Origin: a virus
Taxonomy: Duplodnaviria > Heunggongvirae > Uroviricota > Caudoviricetes
Reading direction: 5' to 3' (one strand)
Length of the DNA: 22,587 nt
IMG/VR virus record: IMGVR_UViG_2547132415_000022
Span: 1 to 22,587 of that record
The notes beneath the pieces are model-generated. The model made no database searches and was not told where the DNA came from. It saw nothing but the letters and a program-made list of their open reading frames with translations. How positions within the stretch are numbered: the first letter of the stretch is position 1; each line of letters opens with the position of its first letter. Below are positions 1 through 9,347 of this stretch, in pieces. A program made the translations under genes and the position numbers.

Positions 1-1509
1 AGAACGGCGAAAAATAGCACCAAAAGATGAATTAAATATCCTCAGTGCATTGACTGTAGATATTTTTACTTCACTGCTGAAAAGGGCTTTAACAAGAACA
101 TACAGAGCATCCCATTTAAGATGCATCAGGTCTTTTGTTGTGGTGCTCTGGCGACTTCTCCATTTGAAATATTCATTGCCGTTGTCGCCTGTTTCAAACC
201 ACATATATGAATCAGTATCGCTGTCGGCATCATTTTTAAATCCAATCTTTGCCCAGTCAGTATTTCGAATCCAGGCAAGGATTGAGTCGTTTTCAAATGT
301 AAGCCCACCGGACAAGGTATCGCCATTCTTTTGCACCGCGTTCCTGGCTCGGTTTTCCGTTTCCTGTAAACCGAGATATTCGATAACGGCGGCAACGGTC
401 GATTTCGCAAGAATATCTCGCCCGACTTTTGTCAGGATTGCCAGGCTGGCAACATCATTCCCCGTAAAATACGGAAACCTGTCTGCCGCAGTAACAAGCC
501 CCGCCAGCGCCGTCAAAGTGGCATCTTTCGGTTGCTTACCCGCAAGCGCATTAGTCATGGTGGTAGCAAAATTCGGGTCATTGCCCAGCGCCGCTGCCAG
601 CTCGTTCAGCGTATTCAGTGCGTCAGGCGACGAGTCTACAAGGGCGGCAATCGCGGCCATAACGAAAGCCGTGTTTGCGATCTGAGTATTATTCGTTCCC
701 TGTCGCGCAGTTGGCGTCGTTGGCGTTCCGGTCAGTGCAGGGCTGTTTAATGGCGCTTTTTGGTTCGTTTCATCCATTACCGTCTTAACAGCTTTTGGTG
801 TTGCGGCGAGCGTTTCAGACATGCTGTTGGTCGCACTACTTAGCTGGACAAGACCTTTTCGCGCTGTGGTAGCGTCCTGTGCGGTATATTTCCCGTTAGC
901 AAGGTCATATGCGGCCTTAACCGCTTTCGGCGTTGCGGCCAGTGTTTCAGATATGCTGTTGGTCGCACTGCTTAACTGAGTAAAACCTTTTGCGGTCAGC
1001 GAGGCGTCAGGGTGACGTCGTGACTGTTCATGTTCTGCAATTTTGTCATCAACGTAATCCTGCGTTGCCATCACCGTTGTGGTGTCAATGGTCAGCGCCA
1101 CTGAGGCCACACTGCTGACGATGATGACCATGCGGCAGGTCTGCGAACGCCCTGAGCCTTCGGCAAGGGCAGGCTTATAACTTTCGGCCATGTTCGCCAC
1201 GGCAATTAACGTTCCCGCATCATCGTACAGGCCAAGCTCACGCATCCAGAAACCGCCCACCTCCGGCGGAATAACCAGCTCTGCGATAATATAATTACTG
1301 TTTCGTTTGTCCTGGCTGATTTTGTTCAGCGCATGTCGCCAGACTTCGTGGATAAGCCCGGTCTGTCCGGCATCCGGGACAGGCAATTTACCACCGCCAT
1401 CCCCGACGGCCATCGTGGTAATGTTGACCTTCCGCCTTCCCGGCGCGGTTGCCGCTGCCAGCTTTGCTGCACCGGCAGTGGTGATAACGGTTCTGAATTT
1501 TGTGCTCAT
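1..1509 (-). CDS. H: Tail fiber protein H, N-terminal ~503 codons; the gene continues past the left edge of the window (partial)
   Basis: Minus-strand ATG at 1507-1509 with a GAGGA RBS just upstream; translation begins MSTKF, matching the P2 gpH N-terminus as I recall it. Internal in-frame repeats encode QLSSATNS(M/I)SETLAATPKAVK-like units. Lies immediately downstream of I in P2 gene order. Not in the ORF track because no stop falls inside the window. Confidence 0.85.
   Translation of the reverse strand, partial: MSTKFRTVITTAGAAKLAAATAPGRRKVNITTMAVGDGGGKLPVPDAGQTGLIHEVWRHALNKISQDKRNSNYIIAELVIPPEVGGFWMRELGLYDDAGTLIAVANMAESYKPALAEGSGRSQTCRMVIIVSSVASVALTIDTTTVMATQDYVDDKIAEHEQSRRHPDASLTAKGFTQLSSATNSISETLAATPKAVKAAYDLANGKYTAQDATTARKGLVQLSSATNSMSETLAATPKAVKTVMDETNQKAPLNSPALTGTPTTPTARQGTNNTQIANTAFVMAAIAALVDSSPDALNTLNELAAALGNDPNFATTMTNALAGKQPKDATLTALAGLVTAADRFPYFTGNDVASLAILTKVGRDILAKSTVAAVIEYLGLQETENRARNAVQKNGDTLSGGLTFENDSILAWIRNTDWAKIGFKNDADSDTDSYMWFETGDNGNEYFKWRSRQSTTTKDLMHLKWDALYVLVKALFSSEVKISTVNALRIFNSSFGAIFRRS
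780..1010 (-). repeat. Two tandem, in-frame copies of a ~132 bp unit inside tail fiber gene H (approximate bounds)
   Basis: Read directly: cttaacagcttttggtgttgcggcgagcgtttcagacatgctgttggtcgcact (from ~784) recurs as cttaaccgctttcggcgttgcggccagtgtttcagatatgctgttggtcgcact (from ~916), ~85 percent identical by eye. Confidence 0.7.
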
Positions 1510-1519
1510 TATTCCTCAC

Positions 1520-2050
1520 TTATCCGGGGTAAACCGTAATTACATCGCCGTCGTAAGCCACACAACCGGCGAACAGGTAGCCGGGAATGTCCCGGGTAAT
1601 GTTCAGGCCAATAAGGTGGCGACTTGCAGGTTTGGCATCAGCAATCAGCCGTTCCATTTCCTGATACATTGCCTCTGTGATGCCGCTTTCCAGTACACCA
1701 ATATCAAGCCTGAAGGTGCCTGGCGGGTCACTGTTTTCCCACCACTCCGTCACGTTGATGAGATAGCCGAGCGGCTCCACCACACGCCGGATTGCGCCGA
1801 TAGTGCCTTTATGACAGTGGATGAAATAGGCATCGCGGATAACGGCGCGTTTTGTCGCTTCCGGCCACTTTTCATCCCACCTGTCGACCGAAAACGCCCA
1901 CGCCAGCCACGGCAGCAGATTTGCCGGGCAGGTGTCCGGGTTCCACAGCTCACGAATACTGACCGGCGTTTTTTCAATTTCCGCACAGGCTTTTGCGGCG
2001 GCGACTTCAAGCGGTGATGAGCCGGTCGACAGCAGTCGCGAATCACTCAT
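1520..2050 (-). CDS. I: Baseplate assembly / tail protein I
   Basis: 176 aa ORF, same length as P2 gpI as I recall it; position between J and H. Protein begins MSDSRLLSTGSSPLEVAAAKACAEIEKTP. Confidence 0.85.
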   Translation of the reverse strand: MSDSRLLSTGSSPLEVAAAKACAEIEKTPVSIRELWNPDTCPANLLPWLAWAFSVDRWDEKWPEATKRAVIRDAYFIHCHKGTIGAIRRVVEPLGYLINVTEWWENSDPPGTFRLDIGVLESGITEAMYQEMERLIADAKPASRHLIGLNITRDIPGYLFAGCVAYDGDVITVYPG

Positions 2051-2951
2051 CCGAGCCTCCGGTCACGACGCTGTATTCGGTGCAGAAAGACGCCTGCGTA
2101 CTGTTGAGCACAATGTCGGCCAGTGGTGCGGCCAGCTCGACACGCTGCACGCCTTCCACATGCAACGCGGCATAAATGGCAGACAGACGGATGTCGCGCC
2201 CCAGCCGGTGCTGTGCCGTGATGTACGCTTCCAGCTTTTTCACGGCAGCAGCGCGGATGGGTTCGCTTTCGGGACCAGGGTAAAGGTAAAGCGTGGCGTT
2301 TATCTGGTATTCAACGATGGCGGCAGACTGCACGGTCACGCGGTCGGCCACCGGCCTGACGTCCTCGCCATTAAGGGCGTTACGCACCACGGCCAGCAGG
2401 TCTTCGGATGCGACGCCGTTATTTTCACGTGACAGCACAGAGATAGTGACGCAGGCCGGAGACGGACTGGTGACAGAGATATCCGCGACACGCCCGTCGG
2501 CACTGCGGCCATGATACTGATAGGCTCCCACCGACCCGGCGACGCTTAAGCCCTCAAATGCCTGCTGAATACGCAGACGATAATCGGTGTCAGATTCCAT
2601 CACTGCCGGTGTCGGCGGAATGGTCGAATCATCTGCCGGGGTGATAATCAGGCGCGTGGTGTTGTAATTGGCACCAATTACATCAAGGTCATTACCGGCG
2701 GCACAAGCCAGCATCACCGCCCGTGCGGCCTCATTCACACGCTGACGCCAGATAAGCTCACGATAAGCATTTTCCTCCAGCAGTTTGACGAGAGGCTCAG
2801 ATTCCAGCGTCAGGGTACGGGCGACCGCCTCCTGCTGGTCTTCCGGGTAAAGGGAAATCAGTGTCGCCTTGCGTTCGGCAAGAATGGTTTCAAAGTCCAG
2901 CTCCTCGACCACATCCGGTGCGGGTAGCTGATTCAGGTCGATAATCGGCAT
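2043..2951 (-). CDS. J: Baseplate assembly protein J
   Basis: 302 aa ORF beginning MPIIDLNQLPAPDVVEELDFETILAERKA, recognised as P2 gpJ; overlaps I by a few nucleotides, typical of translationally coupled tail genes. Confidence 0.9.
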   Translation of the reverse strand: MPIIDLNQLPAPDVVEELDFETILAERKATLISLYPEDQQEAVARTLTLESEPLVKLLEENAYRELIWRQRVNEAARAVMLACAAGNDLDVIGANYNTTRLIITPADDSTIPPTPAVMESDTDYRLRIQQAFEGLSVAGSVGAYQYHGRSADGRVADISVTSPSPACVTISVLSRENNGVASEDLLAVVRNALNGEDVRPVADRVTVQSAAIVEYQINATLYLYPGPESEPIRAAAVKKLEAYITAQHRLGRDIRLSAIYAALHVEGVQRVELAAPLADIVLNSTQASFCTEYSVVTGGSDE

Positions 2952-2955
2952 GGTT

Positions 2956-3303
2956 TCAACTCACAGGAATGGTTAACGAAAGTGGCTGGCCGGTGTCGTT
3001 GTGCTGACCGGTTAACGTGACCGTCATTCGCCCGTCAAAACTGCGCTCAGTGGTGACGGATGACAGGGTGACGCGGGGTTCCCATTTCAGTACCGCCATG
3101 TAACAGGCGACCTTAATCTGCAACTCAAGCGCCAGGGTCTGCGGCTGGTCAATCATTGACGCCAGCAACGAACCGTAATCACGACGCATCACCCGTGAGC
3201 CGACCGGCGTGCGCAGGATATCGCCGATACTCTGGCTGATATGCTCAAGGTCAGTGACAGTCAGGCCATCACAGCGATTCATTCCGAGATAACGTGCTGT
3301 CAT
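2956..3303 (-). CDS. W: Baseplate wedge protein W
   Basis: 115 aa ORF, same length as P2 gpW as I recall it, between V and J. Confidence 0.85.
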   Translation of the reverse strand: MTARYLGMNRCDGLTVTDLEHISQSIGDILRTPVGSRVMRRDYGSLLASMIDQPQTLALELQIKVACYMAVLKWEPRVTLSSVTTERSFDGRMTVTLTGQHNDTGQPLSLTIPVS

Positions 3304-3935
3304 AGAGGACTCCCGGTTGTGCCGCCGCTGTCGCCGGGGTGTTTATGGGTATGCAGTACCTTACCGTTTGATGAGAGTTCACCGCCGGTGTGTTCAATGT
3401 TGCCGCGCATCGTCCCGCCCTTCTGTACTTCCAGCGTGCCGGTAATCAGCCTGTTGGTGCAGACCACCTCCGGTGTGTCCAGGGTGATGCGGGTTGGCGC
3501 TTTCACCATGACCACCGGCACCGTGGCGGTAACAGAATCAGAAGCCGTCACGCTGGCCGTTTTAATTCCGCTTACCGTGAGTGCACTGGTTTCAGGTTCA
3601 TACTCAATCACCGCCCCGTCAGGAAAACGGATATGCAGGGCATCCGCCGACGCAGACGGCGCGGGGTTATCGCCGGAATAAATCCCCGGCAGAACGAACG
3701 CCGTGTCGAGTTCACCACCCACGGCCAGAATCAGCACCTGCTCCCCCACGGAAGGTGCCCACCATGTGCGCGAACGACCGGCACGATGGGTCAGCCACTG
3801 AAGCCAGTCGGTGCACATGCCACCGGTCTGCACACGGCAGCGACCGGCTTTAAGGTCGGTTTCTACGACAAGGCCAGTACGAATCATGTTGCGCAGTGCG
3901 CGCGCGAGTTCCTGAATATTTGCGAGAGTGTTCAT
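3300..3935 (-). CDS. V: Baseplate spike / central hub protein V
   Basis: 211 aa ORF beginning MNTLANIQELARALRNMIRTGLV, recognised as P2 gpV; 4 nt overlap with W. Confidence 0.9.
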   Translation of the reverse strand: MNTLANIQELARALRNMIRTGLVVETDLKAGRCRVQTGGMCTDWLQWLTHRAGRSRTWWAPSVGEQVLILAVGGELDTAFVLPGIYSGDNPAPSASADALHIRFPDGAVIEYEPETSALTVSGIKTASVTASDSVTATVPVVMVKAPTRITLDTPEVVCTNRLITGTLEVQKGGTMRGNIEHTGGELSSNGKVLHTHKHPGDSGGTTGSPL

Positions 3936-4001
3936 AACGGGAAGGATGCCGCCGGGTCATACCGGCGGCAATGTGACGATGAGGTGTCGGGAATGGCACA
4001 A

Positions 4002-4454
4002 CTAACGGTCGAGGTGCGCCAGAATAATCTCTTCAATCATCTGCACATCCTCACCGGTAAAGCCGAGCAGGGGACGCGCCGGATAATCAATTTTCTTACC
4101 GTCTTTTCGGTTTTCTTCCGACAGACCAAACTGATGCACACTGGCGATTTTCGGCGACTTCCCGCCGTAAAATTCCATTGATGCCTGCTCCGGGCTGGCG
4201 CGGATATGCAAAAAACGACTGGTGATAAGTTTCGCAAACATTTTTCGCTTAACACGACCGGTCTTTTTTCTGGCGCTCTGCTGCTGGCGTGGCGCGTAGG
4301 GTGTGCCGTCCGGGGCTTTCTGTGCCATCACCCGACGCTGCTGACTCTGCCGCAGACGTTTTGCCAGTTCGGCACTCAGTCGCCGACGCCCTGACGGTGA
4401 CAGCGACTCAATCAGTCCGGTCAGCCGGTCTTCAAAACGCTTAAACTCATTCAT
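4002..4454 (-). CDS. S: Tail completion protein S
   Basis: 150 aa ORF beginning MNEFKRFEDRLTGLIESLSP, recognised as P2 gpS. Confidence 0.85.
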   Translation of the reverse strand: MNEFKRFEDRLTGLIESLSPSGRRRLSAELAKRLRQSQQRRVMAQKAPDGTPYAPRQQQSARKKTGRVKRKMFAKLITSRFLHIRASPEQASMEFYGGKSPKIASVHQFGLSEENRKDGKKIDYPARPLLGFTGEDVQMIEEIILAHLDR

Positions 4455-4914
4455 CCCACTTGCTCACCAGTTCGCCATTGATATAAAGCTCCATCGGGCG
4501 GGTGACCGGCTCCGGCGGCGGAGGTTCCGGGATATTCTTCACATGCAGCGCACCGTCCACCTCACTGACCAGCGTGCGCTCGGTCAGCATCAGGCTGATG
4601 CTGATATCAAAGCTGCTGTCATTGTTGATGTCTGCATAAAACGTGAAGCCCTTTTTCTGGCCTGCGTCGGTGGTCATGATGTCGGGCTGATTTTCCCGCA
4701 GCCACGCCAGCACCGGCACGATGAGCAGGTCAAAATCACCGGTAAAGTCGGTCACAATCACATTGAGCGTGTAACGCTTTTCGAATGACAACGACGCCGC
4801 CAGTGTGGAGGCAATACTCCCGTTATCCACGAATATCCGCAGCATATCGGGGTTAGTTTTCAGCACCGTGACGGCATCAGTCAGCGCCCTGCGCAGGCTG
4901 TCGGGTTTGAGCAT
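4447..4914 (-). CDS. R: Tail completion protein R
   Basis: 155 aa ORF beginning MLKPDSLRRALTDAVTVLKTNPDMLRIF, recognised as P2 gpR; overlaps S by 8 nt. Confidence 0.85.
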   Translation of the reverse strand: MLKPDSLRRALTDAVTVLKTNPDMLRIFVDNGSIASTLAASLSFEKRYTLNVIVTDFTGDFDLLIVPVLAWLRENQPDIMTTDAGQKKGFTFYADINNDSSFDISISLMLTERTLVSEVDGALHVKNIPEPPPPEPVTRPMELYINGELVSKWDE

Positions 4915-5167
4915 CGTTTTCGTCCTGACAGTGTTTAATCATTTTTACCTGGCTGGCACAGCGTGCCAGCGCGTTCTCAAGCTGCCGGATATCAGCACTT
5001 AAATCGCCGTTCGTCTCCGGGTCACTGCCCGGCATCGGGCAAAGGCTCACTTTCGGGCAGGCGTTATGGACAATCACTGGCGTCGGTGCAGGCGGGGCGC
5101 TGGTGCAACCGGCGCACAGCATCAGGCAGGTCAGCACCGTACCAGCGGCGAAAATCTTCGTTTTCAT
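4877..5167 (-). CDS. lysC: LysC, Rz1-like outer-membrane spanin (lipoprotein), embedded out of frame in the 3' part of lysB
   Basis: 96 aa ORF with lipoprotein signal and lipobox (MKTKIFAAGTVLTCLMLCAGC), proline-rich mature part; overlaps lysB in another frame, the classic embedded o-spanin arrangement. Confidence 0.8.
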   Translation of the reverse strand: MKTKIFAAGTVLTCLMLCAGCTSAPPAPTPVIVHNACPKVSLCPMPGSDPETNGDLSADIRQLENALARCASQVKMIKHCQDENDAQTRQPAQGAD

Positions 5168-5447
5168 TCAGTAACCTCGTGATGGTTTTCTCGCGCTGTG
5201 CTTCACGCTTCGCGGCGTTCTCCAGTTCCTGACGCAGTGCCACCTGCGCCAGCTCGTTTTTGTCTGCCCTGGTGAGTGCAACATGAAGCTGGTTTTTCAG
5301 CATGGTGATGGTCGTCTGCTGCCCGCTGGCGACGTTGTTCGCCCTGTCCAGCGAGGCGCGCAGGCTGGCATTTTTGTGTTTCACCAGAAACAGACCGGAC
5401 ACCGCCAGCGATAACAACACGACCAGCACAATCATCATCTTTGACAT
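5064..5447 (-). CDS. lysB: LysB, Rz-like inner-membrane spanin
   Basis: 127 aa ORF with N-terminal hydrophobic segment (MSKMMIVLVVLLSLAVSGLFLV) followed by a charged, coiled-coil-like region; position after lysA. Confidence 0.8.
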   Translation of the reverse strand: MSKMMIVLVVLLSLAVSGLFLVKHKNASLRASLDRANNVASGQQTTITMLKNQLHVALTRADKNELAQVALRQELENAAKREAQREKTITRLLNENEDFRRWYGADLPDAVRRLHQRPACTDASDCP

Positions 5448-5860
5448 GGTTCCCGCCCCTCAAAACGCTGACGGCAGGCCGTACGTATCAGCCGGAAGAA
5501 CACCGATGCCACGAGATAAATCAGCGCGGTAAAAATCCACCCGGCAGCGACCAGCGAGATAAACGTCGCCACCATCACCACCAGAGCCACCGCCCGTCTG
5601 CACCACGTCACCGGCTGCAAAAACAGCGACGTGACAATCTTCACAGCCAGCGATTCCGGCGGCAGCTCCCGCCCGTAGCGTTCCAGCACATACTCAGTGG
5701 CATACACGCCGACACCACCGGCAACCACACAGATAACCGTCGCCAGAATCGCCCAGGCGGCGACAAAATTGACGGCCACGCTCTGCGGGTAAATCAGGGA
5801 CAGTGCCAGCATCAGCGCCAGCGACACGTTCAGCATCAGTGAAAGGGATAATTTCTTCAT
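5435..5860 (-). CDS. lysA: LysA, lysis timing / antiholin-like membrane protein
   Basis: 141 aa ORF with multiple hydrophobic helices, sitting between K and lysB as in P2. Confidence 0.75.
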   Translation of the reverse strand: MKKLSLSLMLNVSLALMLALSLIYPQSVAVNFVAAWAILATVICVVAGGVGVYATEYVLERYGRELPPESLAVKIVTSLFLQPVTWCRRAVALVVMVATFISLVAAGWIFTALIYLVASVFFRLIRTACRQRFEGREPCQR

Positions 5861-5874
5861 GGTGTTTACTCCGT

Positions 5875-6372
5875 TTAAGCCGGTACGCCGCCAGCGGTAC
5901 GCCAGACGGTGACCAGTTTTTCCAGTGAATGCTCACGCTGACCGTAACCGGCACCCGGCAGGGACGCCCAGATATTGCGACAGCGTGAAATGGCGCGCTC
6001 AATGCGTCCCGCCCGGATGTCATCCAGTGCACCGCGTTCGCGGATCAACTGAATGGCGAGCCTGTCCTGTGACAACGGACTGAAATCCGGCAGGGCAAGC
6101 TGTTTGCGGTAGTGCGGCCAGAACAGGTAAAGCTGCTGATAGCGACCGGAGGCCGTGGATTTTTCACCGCGACGGTTAAACACCTTCGCCGGTCGGCCAT
6201 GTGCGAACGGGTGGTCACTGTAGTCGGTGAAAATTTCCGGCTTCCCGTCCAGTCCGGTGACTATCACGTCATAGCCCCGGTTTTTCGTCAGCGGATGATT
6301 CGCCGTCCCTTCGGACACTGCCAGCATGTCGAGAAAGGCCGCGATATTCTGATGCGTGTTAATTACCGGCAT
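5875..6372 (-). CDS. K: Endolysin (lysozyme) K
   Basis: 165 aa ORF beginning MPVINTHQNIAAFLDMLAVSEGT, recognised as P2 gpK; directly downstream of holin Y. Confidence 0.9.
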   Translation of the reverse strand: MPVINTHQNIAAFLDMLAVSEGTANHPLTKNRGYDVIVTGLDGKPEIFTDYSDHPFAHGRPAKVFNRRGEKSTASGRYQQLYLFWPHYRKQLALPDFSPLSQDRLAIQLIRERGALDDIRAGRIERAISRCRNIWASLPGAGYGQREHSLEKLVTVWRTAGGVPA

Positions 6373-6653
6373 TACGGTTTCCCCCTGCCCTTAAAACGGC
6401 GCTGAATGGCAATCTCAATCACCTGATAACCGGCGATACCCAGCATGGAGCCGATGCCGCACACCGCAGGCAGTGACAGGTCAGGAAACTGCACCAGAAC
6501 AACACCGGCAACCATCGAGACAAAACCACCGAGCAACATGCGCCCGATAAACAGACGCGGGGTGATGGGTTCACCACCGGCAAGCACCTTGCCGACAACA
6601 ATCAGCACCCCAATCATGAAAAGCGACAGGACGCTTTTTTCTTCTGCTGTCAT
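6372..6653 (-). CDS. Y: Holin Y
   Basis: 93 aa ORF with transmembrane segments (LSLFMIGVLIVVGKVLAGG, MLLGGFVSMVAGVVLV), same length as P2 gpY as I recall it. Confidence 0.85.
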   Translation of the reverse strand: MTAEEKSVLSLFMIGVLIVVGKVLAGGEPITPRLFIGRMLLGGFVSMVAGVVLVQFPDLSLPAVCGIGSMLGIAGYQVIEIAIQRRFKGRGKP

Positions 6654-6656
6654 GCG

Positions 6657-6860
6657 TTACTCCCACAGATTGACAGTTTCAGCCACGGGCGCGGTCTGAA
6701 CGTCGGGCAGTTCGACGGCGGTGCCGTGCGGCAGCACCGCCCCCAGTTCAGCCAGTCACGGATTTGCGGCGAGCACGGTCTCAACCACGCCCTCAGTGCG
6801 CCCGTAATACCGGACACAGATGGCGTCGAGCGTGTCGCCCTGTAGCGCAAAGGTCTTCAT
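6657..6860 (-). CDS. X: Tail protein X (LysM-like)
   Basis: Found by hand, not in the ORF track. Minus-strand ATG at 6858-6860 overlaps the L stop (ATGA); translation begins MKTFALQ and ends NLWE with TAA at 6657-6659; 67 aa, as P2 gpX. Confidence 0.8.
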
Positions 6861-7369
6861 CAGATTTGACTCACGATGCAGCGCGGCTTGTCCTGGATGC
6901 GCGCCACTGCCCAGCGCATATCCCGCCACAGCTCATCAATGGTGCTGTCAATGCTGTCAGCCTTCTTGTCGCCTTTCGCACTGGCATCCACGCCGCGATA
7001 ACGCTCATAAAGCGACGCGGTCGCCATCGCACACACGGCGCGCTCGTAGTAAAAAACTTTGATGCTTTCACCGTCGATGTCGTCCGCCGGGACGTCCGCC
7101 AGACGCGTAAAACCGGCGGCAATTTTCTGTTCGCGGTACTCGTACAGCTCCGCATTCGTCTCCGCCATGCCTGACTTGATGGCCTCACGCAGACGGGCGG
7201 GGGCGACGGTCTGCTCAAGGCGCATACGTTCCCGGACGCGCTTCGGGTCGATATCGGGAAAAAAGAACGTGTTTTTAATCACCGGCTCGTCGCCTGCCGG
7301 TTGCGGGATGACCACCGTACCCTCACCGGATACAGGAGCCTCCTTTCGCGGAATAATCAGCGTCATCAT
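6860..7369 (-). CDS. L: Head completion / stabilisation protein L
   Basis: The ORF-track frame 6860..7429 contains an internal start MMTLIIPRKEAP at 7367-7369 with a strong GAGGTGG RBS, giving 169 aa as in P2 gpL; the upstream 20 codons are probably not translated. Confidence 0.8.
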   Translation of the reverse strand: MMTLIIPRKEAPVSGEGTVVIPQPAGDEPVIKNTFFFPDIDPKRVRERMRLEQTVAPARLREAIKSGMAETNAELYEYREQKIAAGFTRLADVPADDIDGESIKVFYYERAVCAMATASLYERYRGVDASAKGDKKADSIDSTIDELWRDMRWAVARIQDKPRCIVSQI

Positions 7370-7468
7370 GACCACCTCTGAAAAGTCGGGCGGTGGACGC
7401 CGGTACAGTGTCAGGTGATTCACCCTCACTGACCGGCGTGCCGCCCTGGCGCGGGGCGCATTCGGTTG

Positions 7469-8212
7469 TTAACTGGCTTTCTTTTTCGGGCGTCCACGTT
7501 TTGCCGGTGTCGCACTCCGGGTCTTACGCGTGGCACGGGTGGCCGCTTTGGGTTGCGGCTCCGGCTTCGGTTTCAGCTCCCGCTCCAGTCGTTCAATCTC
7601 TTTTTTGACGCCTGCCTGACAGTCGAGCTGTGTCGCACGTTGCAGGTGCGCAAGCGCACCGGCGGCATCACCAGCGTCACGCAGAAACAGACCGGTGATT
7701 TTGTGCAGCTTTGCGCGCACTTCATCAGGCATGTCAGCCGTGGCGGTCAGTTCGAGGGTGTCCGTCAGCAGGCGGGGATTCACAGACTCACCGGCAGCGT
7801 GAGCGCGCATGGCCGCAAGCGCCACCTCCTCGGTGAACATGTACGGCGGGGTGCGGCGGTGTTTACCCGGCATGGTCAAACCGTACTTCAGGGCATAACG
7901 GGCAATCTCCAGCGCACCGGCAATATCGCCGGTATCCAGACGCCACAGCATGACCGTCATCAGAATGTCATCCTGTGCACCTTTGCCCTGCTCCAGCACG
8001 CCGTTCACCCACGGCAACCAGAACGGCAGCAGTTCGCGCTTTTTCGCGGCCTTCAGCTCTTTTGAATAAATCGCTTTCAGTGTGCGCTGGTCTGCGGCGA
8101 GCTTAACCAGCATCTGCTCATAGACAGTTGCATGTCGCAGCGGGGCGGCTTCCCGCTGCGCGGTCATCACTGCCGAGACCCGCATCATGTGGCGCTGTGC
8201 GGGACTCGTCAT
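7469..8212 (-). CDS. M: Terminase small (endonuclease) subunit M
   Basis: 247 aa ORF, same length as P2 gpM as I recall it; basic Lys/Arg-rich C-terminus; between N and L. Confidence 0.85.
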   Translation of the reverse strand: MTSPAQRHMMRVSAVMTAQREAAPLRHATVYEQMLVKLAADQRTLKAIYSKELKAAKKRELLPFWLPWVNGVLEQGKGAQDDILMTVMLWRLDTGDIAGALEIARYALKYGLTMPGKHRRTPPYMFTEEVALAAMRAHAAGESVNPRLLTDTLELTATADMPDEVRAKLHKITGLFLRDAGDAAGALAHLQRATQLDCQAGVKKEIERLERELKPKPEPQPKAATRATRKTRSATPAKRGRPKKKAS

Positions 8213-8215
8213 CGG

Positions 8216-9289
8216 TTACGCTCCCGGCTCTGCGGTCGCTTTAGCCGGTGTGGAAAAATCACCGACCTTAATTTTTTCCACCAGACAACCGGCGGCGTAG
8301 TCTTCCACCACGTAATCAATGTTCATTGACTCGTAGTTCTCCACGCGGTCGAGTTTCGGGTTTTCCACAATCACGCGGCGATGGCTGTCATCCATGTAGT
8401 AGATGGACAGGTTTTCCAGCTTCGTGATGAGCATCGCATCCGCCGGGAAGTACGGGACGCGTACCGCCGGCAGGTTACCGATGCGTTTCTGACTGATGAT
8501 GACGTCAGCGGCCAGCATTTCGCTGTTGTCCTGCTCTTTGTTGACGATGGGGAAATACTTGTCCGCCAGTAGCTGACGCCCCACAATCACCACAAGGTCA
8601 GGGTCTTCCTGATACCAAGGTTCAATCAGGTTGTTGGTCGCATCCATCACCAGTGCATCGAGGCTGGCATAATCACCGCCCTTACCCACGCGGATGACCT
8701 CAGAGGTCGTGTGACCTTCCTCGTCAGTAACCTTGCTCATCACGCGCGCCGGGGCTTCATTGCGGTATTTCTGCAGCCAGCCGACCGCCACATCCTGCAG
8801 CATCGGATTGCTGCTGCGGTCAGAGGTTTCGGCACGCTTCACGCCGTTAAAACCGGCCATGATGAAATCAAGGGACTGGCGTTTGATAATGGCGTTACGG
8901 ATACGGAGCTGGAAATCCTGATAACGCGCCCACAGGTCCAGCGTTTTGTAGCGGATATAAAAATCGAAGTTAATCTGGTCGCATTCGTACTTGTTTGACG
9001 CCAGCTTCGAGAAGTCCTTCGGCTGACGCTCGGTGCCACCGGCGGTGTCGGTGGTGCTGGCGATGGAGCCGGTGACACCGATGCCAATTTTTTCCCCTTT
9101 CATTTCGCTGACCGGCACAATATTGATGCGGGTCAGAAAGTCAGAGGACTCCTGCATGGTGTTCATCAGGGTCTGGGTGACCGACGGTTCAACGGTGAAT
9201 TTTTTCGACACATCACCGGCGTCGATGCCGTTCAGCTCGGCAACACGGGACAGGTAGGCATTAAATTTAAAGCGGGTTTCCTGGCGCAT
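8216..9289 (-). CDS. N: Major capsid protein N
   Basis: 357 aa ORF beginning MRQETRFKFNAYLSRVAELNGIDAGDVSKKFTVEPSVTQ, recognised as P2 gpN. Confidence 0.92.
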   Translation of the reverse strand: MRQETRFKFNAYLSRVAELNGIDAGDVSKKFTVEPSVTQTLMNTMQESSDFLTRINIVPVSEMKGEKIGIGVTGSIASTTDTAGGTERQPKDFSKLASNKYECDQINFDFYIRYKTLDLWARYQDFQLRIRNAIIKRQSLDFIMAGFNGVKRAETSDRSSNPMLQDVAVGWLQKYRNEAPARVMSKVTDEEGHTTSEVIRVGKGGDYASLDALVMDATNNLIEPWYQEDPDLVVIVGRQLLADKYFPIVNKEQDNSEMLAADVIISQKRIGNLPAVRVPYFPADAMLITKLENLSIYYMDDSHRRVIVENPKLDRVENYESMNIDYVVEDYAAGCLVEKIKVGDFSTPAKATAEPGA

Positions 9290-9347
9290 AGTTTTTCCTG
9301 AAATTAAGGGTTAATCGTGAAGGTTTTTCCGGACTGACTGACGCCGG

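Noticed and set aside
50-685. Plus-strand ORFs of 72-236 aa on the left side of the window (50..685, 532..750, 1307..2017, 1932..2432, 3390..4181 and similar)
   Set aside because: All lie antisense to, or out of frame within, confidently recognised P2 tail genes (H, I, J, W, V); long spurious ORFs are expected in this GC-rich DNA and their translations are low-complexity and Arg/Ala/Pro-rich.
6650-6850. 66 aa minus-strand ORF in the ORF track
   Set aside because: Wrong frame. The real gene here is X (6657..6860) in another frame, with an ATGA start/stop overlap with L and a translation matching MKTFALQ...NLWE.
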